Shown piece after piece: positions 10,811 through 21,069 of a stretch of 64,000 nucleotides of DNA. Below the pieces are notes generated by a model, which was given only the letters and a program-made list of their open reading frames with translations, made no database searches and was not told the DNA's origin. Numbering within the stretch: position 1 is the first letter of the stretch; each line of letters begins with the position of its first letter. This DNA comes from an uncultured Armatimonadetes bacterium. GTDB lineage: Bacteria > Armatimonadota > UBA5829 > DTJY01. The stretch covers positions 320,001 through 384,000 of the forward strand of contig OY970325.1 in the NCBI GenBank assembly GCA_963717145.1, read 5' to 3'. The position numbers and the translations under genes were made by a program.

Positions 10811-11916
10811 CAGCGCACGTACACCCTCGGGACGCGCTTGCTCACCGCGCAGATGATCTCATAGGAGATCGTCCCGAGGATCTCCTCGATCTCCTCCATC
10901 GCGATCTCCTGATCCCCCTGCCTGCCGTAGAGCACGACATCATCCCCGACCGACACGCCCGGCACGTCGGTCACGTCGAGCATCGTCTGGTCCATGCACA
11001 CTCGTCCGATGATCGGCACGCGCGCGCCTCGAACGAGCGTGTGGCCTCGGTTCGAGAGCCGGCGATTGTACCCATCGGCGTAACCGATCGGGATTGTCGC
11101 CACGACCGTCTGCCTGGTGGTGGTATATGTGCGCCCGTACCCGACGGTTCGGCCCGGCGGAAGCTCCTTGAGGAAAGCGACTCTCGACTTGAGCGTCATG
11201 CTCTGGCGCAGTTCGACCTCGCGGGAGACGAACTCTGAGTCGTAGAGTCCGTAGAGCATGATCCCCGGGCGGACCATGTTGAAGTAGGAGTTGGCGCAGT
11301 TCAGCAGGCCGGCGCTGTTCGCCGCGTGACGGAGTGGGACTTCCACACCCGCGGCTTCGACCTCCTCAACGATCCCGGCGAACTCATCGATCTGGCGCGA
11401 GGTGAACGCCAGGTCCTCCTCATCAGCCGATGGAAAGTGGGTAAACATGCCCTCCAATTGGACGCCCGGAAGGTCCGCGAGTTGGGCGGCGAACTCTGGC
11501 GCGCTCTCGGGCTGGATACCGACCCTTCCCATCCCGGTATCGACCTTGAGGTGGACACTACGCTTCGTCGTCGATTGGCGGGAGAGCTCTCGCGCGAACC
11601 CCATGTCGCACACTGTTGTCGTCAGGTCGTAGCGGACGATCTCCGGGATCTGCTCGACGAACGCGGGCTGGAGGAGTATGATCGGCACGTCGATCCCCGC
11701 GTCGCGAAGCTCAATTGCCTCCTCGACGAACGCGACGCCGAGGATGTCGATTCCGGCATCGACCAGTAGGCGGCTCACCGGGACCGCGCCGTGGCCATAT
11801 GCGTCGGCCTTCACCGCCGGGCAGATTCTCACATCCGGCCCGACGATCCCCCGCACCTGGCGGAGGTTGAACTCTATCGCATCGAGGTCTATCTCAGCGT
11901 GTGTAGGTCTAATCAA
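10807..11916 (-). CDS. alr: Alanine racemase
   Basis: AVKADAYGHG (PLP lysine), HLKVDTGMGRVG, GYADGY, GRVCMDQ. Confidence 0.97.
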   Translation of the reverse strand: MIRPTHAEIDLDAIEFNLRQVRGIVGPDVRICPAVKADAYGHGAVPVSRLLVDAGIDILGVAFVEEAIELRDAGIDVPIILLQPAFVEQIPEIVRYDLTTTVCDMGFARELSRQSTTKRSVHLKVDTGMGRVGIQPESAPEFAAQLADLPGVQLEGMFTHFPSADEEDLAFTSRQIDEFAGIVEEVEAAGVEVPLRHAANSAGLLNCANSYFNMVRPGIMLYGLYDSEFVSREVELRQSMTLKSRVAFLKELPPGRTVGYGRTYTTTRQTVVATIPIGYADGYNRRLSNRGHTLVRGARVPIIGRVCMDQTMLDVTDVPGVSVGDDVVLYGRQGDQEIAMEEIEEILGTISYEIICAVSKRVPRVYVRC

Positions 11917-14134
11917 TGTACTGCCTTTCGATACGAAGGGCTTCCTCGTATGCCATGGGATACAGGGCCTTTTCGAGCAGCTTCTCGGCGGCGGCGAGGC
12001 CCGGCGCCCGTTTCGCTTTCAGTTCCCGGATGAGCGATTCGGCGTCTGCGCGCCAGGAGATCAAGAGACTCTGAGTGCGCTCTCGCCGGGAATCGGAGTA
12101 GAGCGAAACAACCGTGTTGCCATCGTTGTCCTTGAGCAGACCGAAATCCCCGCCGTCGCCGGCAATGACAAAGCAGGGCCGGCTGAACTTATCGGTCGGG
12201 ACGCAGTTCGGCAGATCGAATCGGAGCCTGCCCGCCTCAGTCACTGTTACCCGTCGGAAGCCGAGAGTACGCGTCTTTTCGGCGCTCTCGTAAACGGTCA
12301 GAGTGTACTCTCCGGGCGAGTCAGTGGCCAAGTTGACCTCATTGACCGTCGCCCAGTCGGTCGGTACCTCGACGGTGAACTCATGGCTGGGTCCGCGAGC
12401 GTAGTCGGTCGAGCCACCCGCCGGTCGGTCGAACACCATCGACCGCGGCTTGTCCTGGCAGAACGCGCGGACGTACTCGACCCAGCGGTCGGCCTGGTTG
12501 ATCGACTGCCAGTTGTAGAAGTTGTAGAACCTGCAGCCGTAAGCATAGCAGGCCCTCAGCGCGCGGAGATGGCGGTCCTTCCCGATCCCATTGTTCTCCT
12601 CGTAGTTCACCTGCGACCAGCGGCCCCACTCGCGGGTGACATCCGCCCATGCGGCCGGGCTCAGATTGTCGCGAAAATCGTACTCGATGCCGGACTTGCA
12701 GCCGCTCAATCGGTTCCACTCCAGGAGAGGGTGGTAGTCCGTGACCTCCTCCATCGGGTAGCCGTTCCGGGGGAACGAGTGCGAGTAGACGTCGTGCCAG
12801 AGGGCTCCGGTCGCGCATGGGATCGAGAGGTCCTTCAGCGCCCGAGCGTGGGCGTCGTAGGTCTCCTGCTGGTAGCGGGCGACGTTCTCGTGGAGCCACA
12901 GGCGCTCCTCCTGGTCGAGGCCGTCGCTCGGATCGAGGGTGACACCATCCGCTGAGGCATCGGCGACGGTCACCGGATTGAAGTCGGCCCAGAGTTTCTC
13001 GCGCTTGACGGGATACTTCTCGTCCGGGCACTCATGGTCCCAGTAGCGCGGCTCATTCTCCATCGCGATCCCGAGCAGGTATTGCCCGGAATCCTCGCCC
13101 ATAGCTTCCTTCAGGATGCCCAGCTTCTCCGCGATCGCCTTGTATCTGGCCTCTTTGAGCGTCGGATGGTTCATCGTCAGCCATGGGACGCTCGACCAGC
13201 GGTTCGGGATGCTGAGGCCGTATCGGAGATCGTACTTGTCGCCGAGCAGCTTCCTCAGGCCTTCGCCGTCATCATGGGTGTCCGTCTCCGACCAACAGAC
13301 CTGCTGATACTCGACATCCGAGAAGACCCCGCCTTTGCCGTCGGGATAGCGCATGGGAGTGCCGCCCCACCAACTGACGAACGAGAACGCGAACGGCATA
13401 TCATACTTGCGGCTGAGGCGGATCATCTCGGGGAACCGCTCGCGATAGAATTCGGCATCGCGGTTCATGTAGTAGACCTCCTGCGACCATCCCAGCTTGA
13501 CATCGCTGTTGCGGGTCGGCCGCAGATTGGCGCTCAATAGTCCGAACTGCTCTTCGGTCCTGGCGGGGTCGTCCCGATTCTCTTTCATCAGCGGCGCGAG
13601 GTAGAACGGCGTATCGAATCCGGCCGAATCGCAGTAGGAGGCGAAGTCCGACCAGGCCCAGATGCGGGCGATGCGGAACGGAGTGCTATCCCGGCGGTTT
13701 ACGAACTTGAGGGTGACCTGGTCGGTGGCTGTGATCCTTGGGTCGTCGAGGGTGATGAAGTAGCTGACCGGCCCGAACATGATGGCCGAGTAGTCTCTGG
13801 TGTAGACGAGCTTGCTGTTCGCGTGGACGTCATAAGTGTAGCGGATCCCCGGCGACTCGGGCGGATACGCCTCGGTGATCTGCACCGTGCAGGGCCGGTG
13901 TGCCGTCTTGCGAAGGGTGATGCGGAACGTCGCCCCGCCCTCGGGACCGCTCATCATGCATGGAATCTGCTCATCGACAGTGCCGATATGCGCCTTCAGC
14001 ACCTCGGTCTGCCCGGTCCCCTGGAACTTGTGGACGTCGAGCGCCTTCCGGTCGCCGAGGGACAGGGAGTCGGTCAGTCCACCTGCATGTGCCATACCCA
14101 TCGCCATCAGTCCAATCAAGAGTAGGAGTTTCAA
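11909..14134 (-). CDS. Secreted hypothetical protein, probable clan GH-A glycoside hydrolase
   Basis: Signal peptide; GIAMENEPRYW resembles the GH-A acid/base NEP motif. Confidence 0.55.
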   Translation of the reverse strand: MKLLLLIGLMAMGMAHAGGLTDSLSLGDRKALDVHKFQGTGQTEVLKAHIGTVDEQIPCMMSGPEGGATFRITLRKTAHRPCTVQITEAYPPESPGIRYTYDVHANSKLVYTRDYSAIMFGPVSYFITLDDPRITATDQVTLKFVNRRDSTPFRIARIWAWSDFASYCDSAGFDTPFYLAPLMKENRDDPARTEEQFGLLSANLRPTRNSDVKLGWSQEVYYMNRDAEFYRERFPEMIRLSRKYDMPFAFSFVSWWGGTPMRYPDGKGGVFSDVEYQQVCWSETDTHDDGEGLRKLLGDKYDLRYGLSIPNRWSSVPWLTMNHPTLKEARYKAIAEKLGILKEAMGEDSGQYLLGIAMENEPRYWDHECPDEKYPVKREKLWADFNPVTVADASADGVTLDPSDGLDQEERLWLHENVARYQQETYDAHARALKDLSIPCATGALWHDVYSHSFPRNGYPMEEVTDYHPLLEWNRLSGCKSGIEYDFRDNLSPAAWADVTREWGRWSQVNYEENNGIGKDRHLRALRACYAYGCRFYNFYNWQSINQADRWVEYVRAFCQDKPRSMVFDRPAGGSTDYARGPSHEFTVEVPTDWATVNEVNLATDSPGEYTLTVYESAEKTRTLGFRRVTVTEAGRLRFDLPNCVPTDKFSRPCFVIAGDGGDFGLLKDNDGNTVVSLYSDSRRERTQSLLISWRADAESLIRELKAKRAPGLAAAEKLLEKALYPMAYEEALRIERQYID

Positions 14135-15234
14135 GCAAGTATCTCCAATGCGATCTCGGCATAGAGCCGTGCCGCCTGATGGACCTGTGACAGCGAGACG
14201 AACTCATTGGCGGAATGAGCCCGGATCAATTCGCCGGGCCCGAAGACGACGGCGTCGATGCCCAGGCCCGACTGGAATGCCTCGGCCTCGGTCCATCCCC
14301 GCCAGCCGACGACTTCCTCATCGTGGCCGCCCAGCACGCGCCTGATCGCCTCGATCAGCGGCGTATCGAGCGGCGTATCGAGTGCTCCGCCCTGCTTCGT
14401 GATCCTGTACTCCGCCTGGTCGCCCCACCTGGTGAAAACGTCCTGCACGCGGTCGAGCACCCATTGGACCGTCATCGGCGGGACCAGTCTTATATCGATG
14501 GACGCCTCGCACCTGTCCGGCACGCGGTTCGGCCTGTCGCCGCCCCGGAGAATTCCGAGGCAGAGCGTCGGCGGTCCGACCTTGGGGTGGGGCGGATGGT
14601 CGGTCACGGCATCTCGAAGCTCGCCCACCAGTCGGTACATCAGTTCGATGGCGTTGACCCCGAGCATCGGGAGCGCGCCGTGAGTCGCCTTCCCGTGGGT
14701 CACGATGTCGAGAAAAACGAGGCCGCAATGCGCCGGGACGATCTGCAACTCGGTGCCCTCGCCTGTGATCGCCATGTCGCACCGATAGCCCTGAGGGATC
14801 GCGGTTCGAACGCCGGTCGCATCGCCCTCCTCGTCAACGGAGAGCAGGAGGTCGAGCGTGCCGTTGAGCTTGACCTCGGAATCCGCCAGCGCCTTCATCG
14901 CGCCGATCATCGCCACGATCGATGCCTTGTCGTCCATCGACCCAAGGCCGTATAGCGTGTCTCCCTCGACCCGTGCGTTGGGGGTCGAGTCCCCCGCCGG
15001 CTGGACGGTATCGCAGTGGGCGTTCAGGCACAGGATGGGCGAGCCCTCGCCGATCCGCACGAGGATATTCCATCTATCTTCCGTCACAGGATAGCGCTTC
15101 GTGTCAAAGCCCAGACGCGCCAGTTCCGCCTCGAGAAAGAGCAGGATCTCCTTCTCGTGCGGATACACACTCGGTATGTCCACGAGCTTTGTCAGCAGGT
15201 CGGTGAGGTAGTTGTTGTCGATTGGAAAGTGCAT
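14131..15234 (-). CDS. M20 family metallopeptidase/deacylase (ArgE/DapE-like)
   Basis: LNAHCDTV, GLGSMDDKA, DEE, AHSANE. Confidence 0.9.
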   Translation of the reverse strand: MHFPIDNNYLTDLLTKLVDIPSVYPHEKEILLFLEAELARLGFDTKRYPVTEDRWNILVRIGEGSPILCLNAHCDTVQPAGDSTPNARVEGDTLYGLGSMDDKASIVAMIGAMKALADSEVKLNGTLDLLLSVDEEGDATGVRTAIPQGYRCDMAITGEGTELQIVPAHCGLVFLDIVTHGKATHGALPMLGVNAIELMYRLVGELRDAVTDHPPHPKVGPPTLCLGILRGGDRPNRVPDRCEASIDIRLVPPMTVQWVLDRVQDVFTRWGDQAEYRITKQGGALDTPLDTPLIEAIRRVLGGHDEEVVGWRGWTEAEAFQSGLGIDAVVFGPGELIRAHSANEFVSLSQVHQAARLYAEIALEILA

Positions 15235-16131
15235 CTACTCCGCCACAACCGGATTCCGCAACACGCCAATCCCCTCGATTTCGACCTCCATGATGTCGCC
15301 GACCTGGACCGGCTTCATCCCCTCCGGAGTGCCTGTCGAGATCACGTCGCCGGGGAACAGCGTGTGGAAGCTCGATATGTAAGCGATCAGCTTCGGGATC
15401 TTGAACATCAGGCTGCTGGTGTTGTCCTTCTGCCGGACCTCGCCGTTCACTCGCGTCTCGAGGTCCAGCTCGATCGGTTCACGGATCTCGTCCGGCAGCA
15501 CGATGCACGGACCCATCGGCCCGAATGTGTCGATCCCCTTCGAGCGCATCCATGGGCTCGACTGCTTGAGGTCCTGTATCTGCATGTCGCGGGCCGTCAC
15601 GTCGTTCATGATCGTGTAGCCGGCGATGTACGAAGGCGCATTCTCTTCCGAAATGTTCGCGCCCTCCTTGCCGATGATCACCGCGAGTTCGCCCTCGGGA
15701 TCGACCCGCGTCAGAAACTTCTTGTAGATGACCGGCTCGTCCGGGCCGATGACCGATGAGTTCGCCTTGCTGAAGAAGACCGGCTCGGTCGGGATGTGGT
15801 AGCCGCTTTCGAGCGCGTGGGCCATGTAGTTCCGTCCGAGCGCCATGATCTTCGATGGGCGCGCGACCGGGGCAAGGAGCTTGTAGTCGCTGATGGTATA
15901 CTTTTCCGTCAGGCCGTGCTTCTCGGCGAAATCGAGCGCGCTCCGGAACGTCTCGACCGCGAAGAGGCCGCGCTCCATCAGTTCCACGGTGGAATGGATC
16001 GGGCACTCGCATATCCCGAGTTCCACCATGCGCATGGTCTGGTATGCCGTCGTGAAGTCGAACACCTTATCGGCGAGCAGTATGCCGATGCTCTCGTGAG
16101 AATTCTGGGTGGAATAACGGACGACTTTCAT
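15235..16131 (-). CDS. Fumarylacetoacetate hydrolase family protein
   Basis: GRNYMAHA, DPEGEL, NDVTARD, PGDVISTGTPEG. Confidence 0.92.
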   Translation of the reverse strand: MKVVRYSTQNSHESIGILLADKVFDFTTAYQTMRMVELGICECPIHSTVELMERGLFAVETFRSALDFAEKHGLTEKYTISDYKLLAPVARPSKIMALGRNYMAHALESGYHIPTEPVFFSKANSSVIGPDEPVIYKKFLTRVDPEGELAVIIGKEGANISEENAPSYIAGYTIMNDVTARDMQIQDLKQSSPWMRSKGIDTFGPMGPCIVLPDEIREPIELDLETRVNGEVRQKDNTSSLMFKIPKLIAYISSFHTLFPGDVISTGTPEGMKPVQVGDIMEVEIEGIGVLRNPVVAE

Positions 16132-16293
16132 GAATGCCTCCTTCGTCTCCTCGCGTGCAGATCATTCCGCCCCAATCATAGTCGCACGTCCGATCTGTGT
16201 CAATCTGCGCCAAAGGAATTTCCCGCCCTGGAGCCGAACTGAAAACCTTGGTATACACACCACCAATCAGTCGTTTACCGGAGGTTTCAGGAT

Positions 16294-17217
16294 ATGAAGG
16301 TCAGCATCATCGGCGGAGGCGGACGTGTCGGATCGAACGCGGCGTATGCCCTGCAGATCGGCGGACTGGCGAAGGAATTGGCGATCGTGGATGTCGCCCG
16401 CGATATGGCCGCGGGTGAGGCGCTCGATCTCAGGCACGGAGCGTCGGTCGCCGGCTCGCAGAAGATCTACGCCGGCGGATACGAGGCGGTCGAGGGCTCG
16501 GACATCGTCGTCATCACAGCCGGCCTTCGACGCAAGCCGGATGAGAGCCGACTCGACCTCATCAACCGCAATGTCGCGCTGTTCAGGGGCATTCTCGACG
16601 AGGTGAAGAAGGTCAAGCTCGCCGACGGAGCGATCGTCCTGGTTGTCTCGAATCCGGTGGACATATTGACTTACCTCACCGTCCAATCCGGCATCCTGCC
16701 CGCGAACCAGGTGATCGGCCTCGGCACGGTCCTGGACACGACGCGCTTCCGATCGCTTCTCGGAGAACACTTCGAGGTCGATCCGACCGACGTCGACGCC
16801 CTGATCCTCGGCGAACACGGCGACAGCATGGTCCCGATCTGGAGCAGCGCCACCATCAACGGCGTGCCTTTGTGCAGCTTTGCCAACTATGACGAGACTA
16901 CGGTGAGGGGCATTTTCGACTTCACGAAGAAGAGCGGCGCGGAGGTGATCCGTCTCAAGGGTGGCGCGGGATATGCAGTCGGGCTGGCGATCAAGGTGGT
17001 GGTCGATGCAATCACGCTCGACAAGAAAGCGATTCTCCCGGTTTCCTCTTTGATGAGGGGCTATATGGGTATAAGCGATGTGTGCTTCAGCGTGCCGACA
17101 GTCGTCGGTCGCGGCGGAGTCGAAAGGCTGATCGAGATCGTCCTCTCGGAGGATGAGAAGGCGGCGCTGATCGACTCCGCGGGTGTGTTGAAGCAAACGA
17201 TCTCCCAGGTTCAGTAA
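16294..17217 (+). CDS. mdh: LDH-like malate dehydrogenase
   Basis: GGGGRVG Rossmann motif; TAGLRRKP has Arg at the substrate-specificity position (malate type); GEHGDS; next to fumarase genes. Confidence 0.8.
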   Translation: MKVSIIGGGGRVGSNAAYALQIGGLAKELAIVDVARDMAAGEALDLRHGASVAGSQKIYAGGYEAVEGSDIVVITAGLRRKPDESRLDLINRNVALFRGILDEVKKVKLADGAIVLVVSNPVDILTYLTVQSGILPANQVIGLGTVLDTTRFRSLLGEHFEVDPTDVDALILGEHGDSMVPIWSSATINGVPLCSFANYDETTVRGIFDFTKKSGAEVIRLKGGAGYAVGLAIKVVVDAITLDKKAILPVSSLMRGYMGISDVCFSVPTVVGRGGVERLIEIVLSEDEKAALIDSAGVLKQTISQVQ

Positions 17218-17228
17218 CGGAGGGACAC

Positions 17229-17885
17229 ATGATAGTTCGATGGCTTGGACATGCCAGTTTTCTACTTCAGGCGGCGGGTGGTGCAAAGGTCATCACCGAC
17301 CCGTATGAATCCGGCGCATACAACGGCGGGATCATGCACAGATCGATCGACATCGAGCCGGATGTGGTGACCGTCTCTCACGATCATGCGGATCACGGCT
17401 ACACCGAAGGCGTCCCGGGCAACTTCGTGGTCATCAAGACCCCGGACGAGAAGACGATCAAGGGTATCTCGATCAAGGGAATCAGCGCCTACCATGACAT
17501 CGAAAAGGGCGCCGTTCGTGGCTCGAACGTGATGTTTCTCATCACGGTGGACGGGATTCACGTGGCTCATCTCGGCGATCTCGGCCACGAGCTGTCTGCC
17601 CGCGACATAGAGCAGATCGGCAAGGTCGATGTCCTGCTGATCCCGGTCGGGGGATACTACACGATCGGCCCGGAGCAGGCGACCAAGATAGTGGACGAGA
17701 TCAAGCCGAAGCTCGTCATCCCGATGCACTTCAAGAACGACAAGGTCAACATTACGATCGGCCCTGTAGATGATTTCCTGTGCGCGAAGCAGAAGGTTAA
17801 GTTGTCGGATACCTCGGAGATCGAGGTGACGAAGGAGACGCTCCCCGCCGCGACCGAGATCGTCGTCCTGAAGCCGGCGCTATAG
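17229..17885 (+). CDS. Metallo-beta-lactamase-fold hydrolase
   Basis: WLGHASF, SHDHADH, HLGDLGH, IPMHF. Confidence 0.9.
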   Translation: MIVRWLGHASFLLQAAGGAKVITDPYESGAYNGGIMHRSIDIEPDVVTVSHDHADHGYTEGVPGNFVVIKTPDEKTIKGISIKGISAYHDIEKGAVRGSNVMFLITVDGIHVAHLGDLGHELSARDIEQIGKVDVLLIPVGGYYTIGPEQATKIVDEIKPKLVIPMHFKNDKVNITIGPVDDFLCAKQKVKLSDTSEIEVTKETLPAATEIVVLKPAL

Positions 17886-17891
17886 AAAAGC

Positions 17892-17962
17892 GGAGTAATG
17901 GAGTACTGGAGTGATGGAATGCTGGATTTCCAACACTCCAGTACTCCAACACTCCAATCTCC
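17892..17962. repeat. Inverted arrays of 8-mer tandem units
   Basis: GGAGTAAT GGAGTACT GGAGTGAT GGAATGCT followed by CCAACACT CCAGTACT CCAACACT CCAATCT. Confidence 0.8.
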
Positions 17963-18811
17963 ATGCCTATGCGAGAGATACACGCCTCCGCGATAACCGA
18001 TGCCGTCGCCGAGTTGTGCACGGCCGCCAACTATGACCTCGGCGAGGACGTATACCAGGCCCTGAAAGACGGTGCCGCTGATGAGGAATCACCCGTCGGC
18101 CGGGAGGTCTTCGCACAACTCCTCGAGAACGCCGAGATCGCCCACGATGAACAGGTCCCGATGTGCCAGGACACCGGATTCGCGGTCGTGTTCGTCGAAC
18201 TCGGGCAGGACGTGCATATCACCGGTGGCCTGCTGACCGACGCGATCAATGCCGGCGTCGCGAAGGGATACACTGAGGGCTACCTGCGCAAGTCGATCGT
18301 CGGCCACCCGCTCGACCGAACGAACACCGGCGACAACACGCCCGCCGTCATCCACACCGAGATCGTGTTCGGCGACAGTCTGAAGATCACCGTCGCTCCC
18401 AAGGGCGGCGGAAGTGAGAACATGAGCGGCGTCCGAATGCTCAAGCCGTCCGATGGCGTCGAAGGCGTCAAGCGGTTTGTGATCGAGACGGTGAAGGCCG
18501 CGGGGGCGAATCCATGCCCGCCGATAATCGTCGGAGTCGGTATCGGCGGCACGATGGAGAAGGCGGCGATCCTGGCGAAGAAGTCGCTGCTTCGAAGGGT
18601 AGGGGAGCACAATCCCAATCCCTCGGACGCGGCGCTCGAGGACGAGCTTCTACGGCTGGTGAACGACACCGGCATCGGGCCCGCGGGCCTCGGCGGGCGG
18701 ATCACGGCGCTCGCGGTCAACGTCGAGACGCACCCGTGCCACATCGCCGGCCTGCCCGTCGCGGTCAACATCCAGTGCCACGCCGCCCGGCACAAGGAGA
18801 TCGTGCTGTGA
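17963..18811 (+). CDS. Class I fumarate hydratase, alpha subunit (FumA-N/TtdA-like)
   Basis: PMCQDTG, GYLRKSIV, KGGGSENMS, NPCPP, CHAARH. Confidence 0.92.
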   Translation: MPMREIHASAITDAVAELCTAANYDLGEDVYQALKDGAADEESPVGREVFAQLLENAEIAHDEQVPMCQDTGFAVVFVELGQDVHITGGLLTDAINAGVAKGYTEGYLRKSIVGHPLDRTNTGDNTPAVIHTEIVFGDSLKITVAPKGGGSENMSGVRMLKPSDGVEGVKRFVIETVKAAGANPCPPIIVGVGIGGTMEKAAILAKKSLLRRVGEHNPNPSDAALEDELLRLVNDTGIGPAGLGGRITALAVNVETHPCHIAGLPVAVNIQCHAARHKEIVL

Positions 18812-19356
18812 TCGAGAGGCTAAGTGGTCCCCTGACTGACGCAGATGTCGCCAAGCTCCGTGCCGGTGACCGAGTCCTTCTGAGCGGGGTGATCTACACC
18901 GGGCGGGATGCGGCTCACAGGCGGCTGTTTGAGCTACTGCAGGTGGGGAAGCCGCTGCCGGTCGATCTGCGCGGGCAGGTGATCTACTACGTCGGGCCGA
19001 CTCCTGCGAAGCCCGGACGCGTGATCGGCTCGGCCGGGCCGACGACGAGTGGCCGGATGGACGCCTATGCCCCGGCGCTGATCGCATATGGCCTGAAGGG
19101 GATGATCGGCAAGGGACTCCGCACGCAAGAGGTTCGTGACGCCATGATGGAGCACGGGGCTGTCTACTTCGGCGCGACCGGCGGGGCGGCGGCACTGATC
19201 TCCCGGTGCATCAAGAAGGCGGAGATCGTGGCGTACGAGGACCTCGGTCCGGAGGCGATCCACCGGCTGGAGGTCGAGGACTTCCCGCTCGTGGTGATCA
19301 ACGACGCGCACGGCGGCGACCTCTACTGCGAGGGCGTGAAGGCGTACGCGCGATGA
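18808..19356 (+). CDS. Class I fumarate hydratase, beta subunit (TtdB-like)
   Basis: GTG start overlaps the alpha stop; TGRDAAH, AGPTTSGRMD, DLGPEAI. Confidence 0.92.
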   Translation: MIERLSGPLTDADVAKLRAGDRVLLSGVIYTGRDAAHRRLFELLQVGKPLPVDLRGQVIYYVGPTPAKPGRVIGSAGPTTSGRMDAYAPALIAYGLKGMIGKGLRTQEVRDAMMEHGAVYFGATGGAAALISRCIKKAEIVAYEDLGPEAIHRLEVEDFPLVVINDAHGGDLYCEGVKAYAR

Positions 19357-20810
19357 TCGGATTCGAACATCGAACATCGAACATCGAACGTCCAACGTCG
19401 AAGGCAAATCCGAAGTCCGAAATCCGAAACTCGAAATCGCGCAGACTCGGGCAGTATTTCACGCCGGAACCTGTCGTCGAGTTGTGCTACCGGATGCTCC
19501 GAACGCTCGACCCGGATGCGGTCAACCCGAGCATCATCGATCCCGCGTGCGGTGAAGGCGCCTTTCTCACTTATGCTCTGGAGCATGACATCACGACCTG
19601 TGACCGTCTATTCGGCGTCGAAAAGGATGCCGCCGTTGCAGATGCCATCCTACCATGCGGTGTGAATCTCCTCATCGGCGACGGTCTCTCCCACACCCCC
19701 ATACTCCCACACTCCCATACTCCCAGTCCCCCATTCTCCGCCAACTGGGTCGTCGGGAACCCACCATTCGGCACTCAGGGATCGGTTGATTGCGAGCACA
19801 TCAAGGCCGACTACACCATCTGGCGAGGGAGCGGCACACGGGACCTCTCCCGTTATCCGATCGAGATTCTCTTTCTGGAGCGGTTTGTCCAGCTTACCAA
19901 ACCTGGAGGTCACATCGCCATCATCATTCCGGACGGCATCCTGGCCAACGCGCGGTTGTCATACGTCCGCGAATGGCTCTGGAAGCGCGCCGAGGTCAAG
20001 GCAGTCATCAGCCTCCCGCAGCATACCTTTCATCGGCACGGCGCCTCCGCGAAGGCGTCGGTGCTGGTGCTGCGCAAGAGGGAGAGTATGGGAGTGTGGG
20101 GGTGTGGGGGTGTGGGAGTGTGGGAGTACGACGGCTCCGGTCGCCCACACTCCCATACCCCCATACTCCCATGCTCTCCCAGCGACCGGCTCGATCCCGC
20201 ATACTACGATTCCGCCTTCGTGGAGAACCAGCGCTTTCTGGAGAGCCTCCCCAATACCGTGCGACTCGGCGACCTGATCGAGTTCACGACTTACGGCCAG
20301 GTTGGATCGCGAGAGTGTTCCGAGTCGGGCGTCCGATTGCTCACCCCGGCGAACCTGCCGGTCGCGGAGGACGGATTGGTGACCGGTGTAGACGTCCATA
20401 ACCCCGAGCGCTTCGTCCCTGAGGGATCGCGAAACGACCCGCCTCGGAGTCGCTTGCGGAAGGGCGACCTGCTCCTCGCTAACAGCGGGGTGGGGTGCAT
20501 CGGGCGGGCGGCGGTCTTCTACTCCGATGAGCCGTGCAACATCAGCCAGCACATCAATCTGATCCGGCTGAGAGGGATCGAGTCCGAGTACGTGGCAGCG
20601 TACCTCCAGACCCGGTTCGGACGCCTTCAGATCGACCGGGAGAAATGCGGTGTCGGTGCGTGCGGGATTAACTTCAGCCGGATAAGATCGATACTGATAC
20701 CCGTCCTGCCGCAAGAGCAGCGCCGGGAGATCGTGGATGGATACCGACGCGGTGATACCCGCCAGGTTGTCTATCAACTGGAGGAGTCCATCCTCCGCGG
20801 GTCGAAATGA
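19353..20810 (+). CDS. N6-adenine DNA methyltransferase fused to a single HsdS-like target recognition domain
   Basis: GQYFTP, DPACGEGAFL (motif I), GNPPF (motif IV), then RLDPAYY..KGDLLL..IPVLPQEQ TRD; contains in-frame simple-repeat segments. Confidence 0.8.
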   Translation: MIGFEHRTSNIERPTSKANPKSEIRNSKSRRLGQYFTPEPVVELCYRMLRTLDPDAVNPSIIDPACGEGAFLTYALEHDITTCDRLFGVEKDAAVADAILPCGVNLLIGDGLSHTPILPHSHTPSPPFSANWVVGNPPFGTQGSVDCEHIKADYTIWRGSGTRDLSRYPIEILFLERFVQLTKPGGHIAIIIPDGILANARLSYVREWLWKRAEVKAVISLPQHTFHRHGASAKASVLVLRKRESMGVWGCGGVGVWEYDGSGRPHSHTPILPCSPSDRLDPAYYDSAFVENQRFLESLPNTVRLGDLIEFTTYGQVGSRECSESGVRLLTPANLPVAEDGLVTGVDVHNPERFVPEGSRNDPPRSRLRKGDLLLANSGVGCIGRAAVFYSDEPCNISQHINLIRLRGIESEYVAAYLQTRFGRLQIDREKCGVGACGINFSRIRSILIPVLPQEQRREIVDGYRRGDTRQVVYQLEESILRGSK

Positions 20811-20838
20811 GCATCAGTCCAAGTGGAGGGCAAAGCTA

Positions 20839-21069
20839 TTGAGCAAGACATACCGGTTTCCCGTTATCATCGAGCAGGATGAAGACGGAATGTACGTCGC
20901 CACAGTTCCCGCACTGCAGGGATGTACTACTCAGGGACGAACGCTTGACGAACTCGAGACGAACGTTCGCGAGGCAATTGAACTCTGCCTGGAAGTCGAG
21001 CAGGACGGGAAGAACGACGTTCGGCACAACAGGTTCGTGGGCATTCACGAGATAGAAGTAGCGGCATGA
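20839..21069 (+). CDS. hicB: HicB-family antitoxin
   Basis: TTG start after GGAGG; VIIEQDEDGMYVATVPALQGCTTQGRTLDE. Confidence 0.88.
   Translation: MSKTYRFPVIIEQDEDGMYVATVPALQGCTTQGRTLDELETNVREAIELCLEVEQDGKNDVRHNRFVGIHEIEVAA

Noticed and set aside
11678-12955. Long antisense or alternative-frame ORFs (e.g. 11678..12955, 44471..45919, 52421..53452, 62787..63998)
   Set aside because: They shadow well-supported genes, lack motifs, and are expected in high-GC DNA.
19206-19352. Upstream extension of the methyltransferase ORF
   Set aside because: It overlaps the fumarase beta gene; the ATG at 19353 overlapping that gene's stop is the more plausible start.
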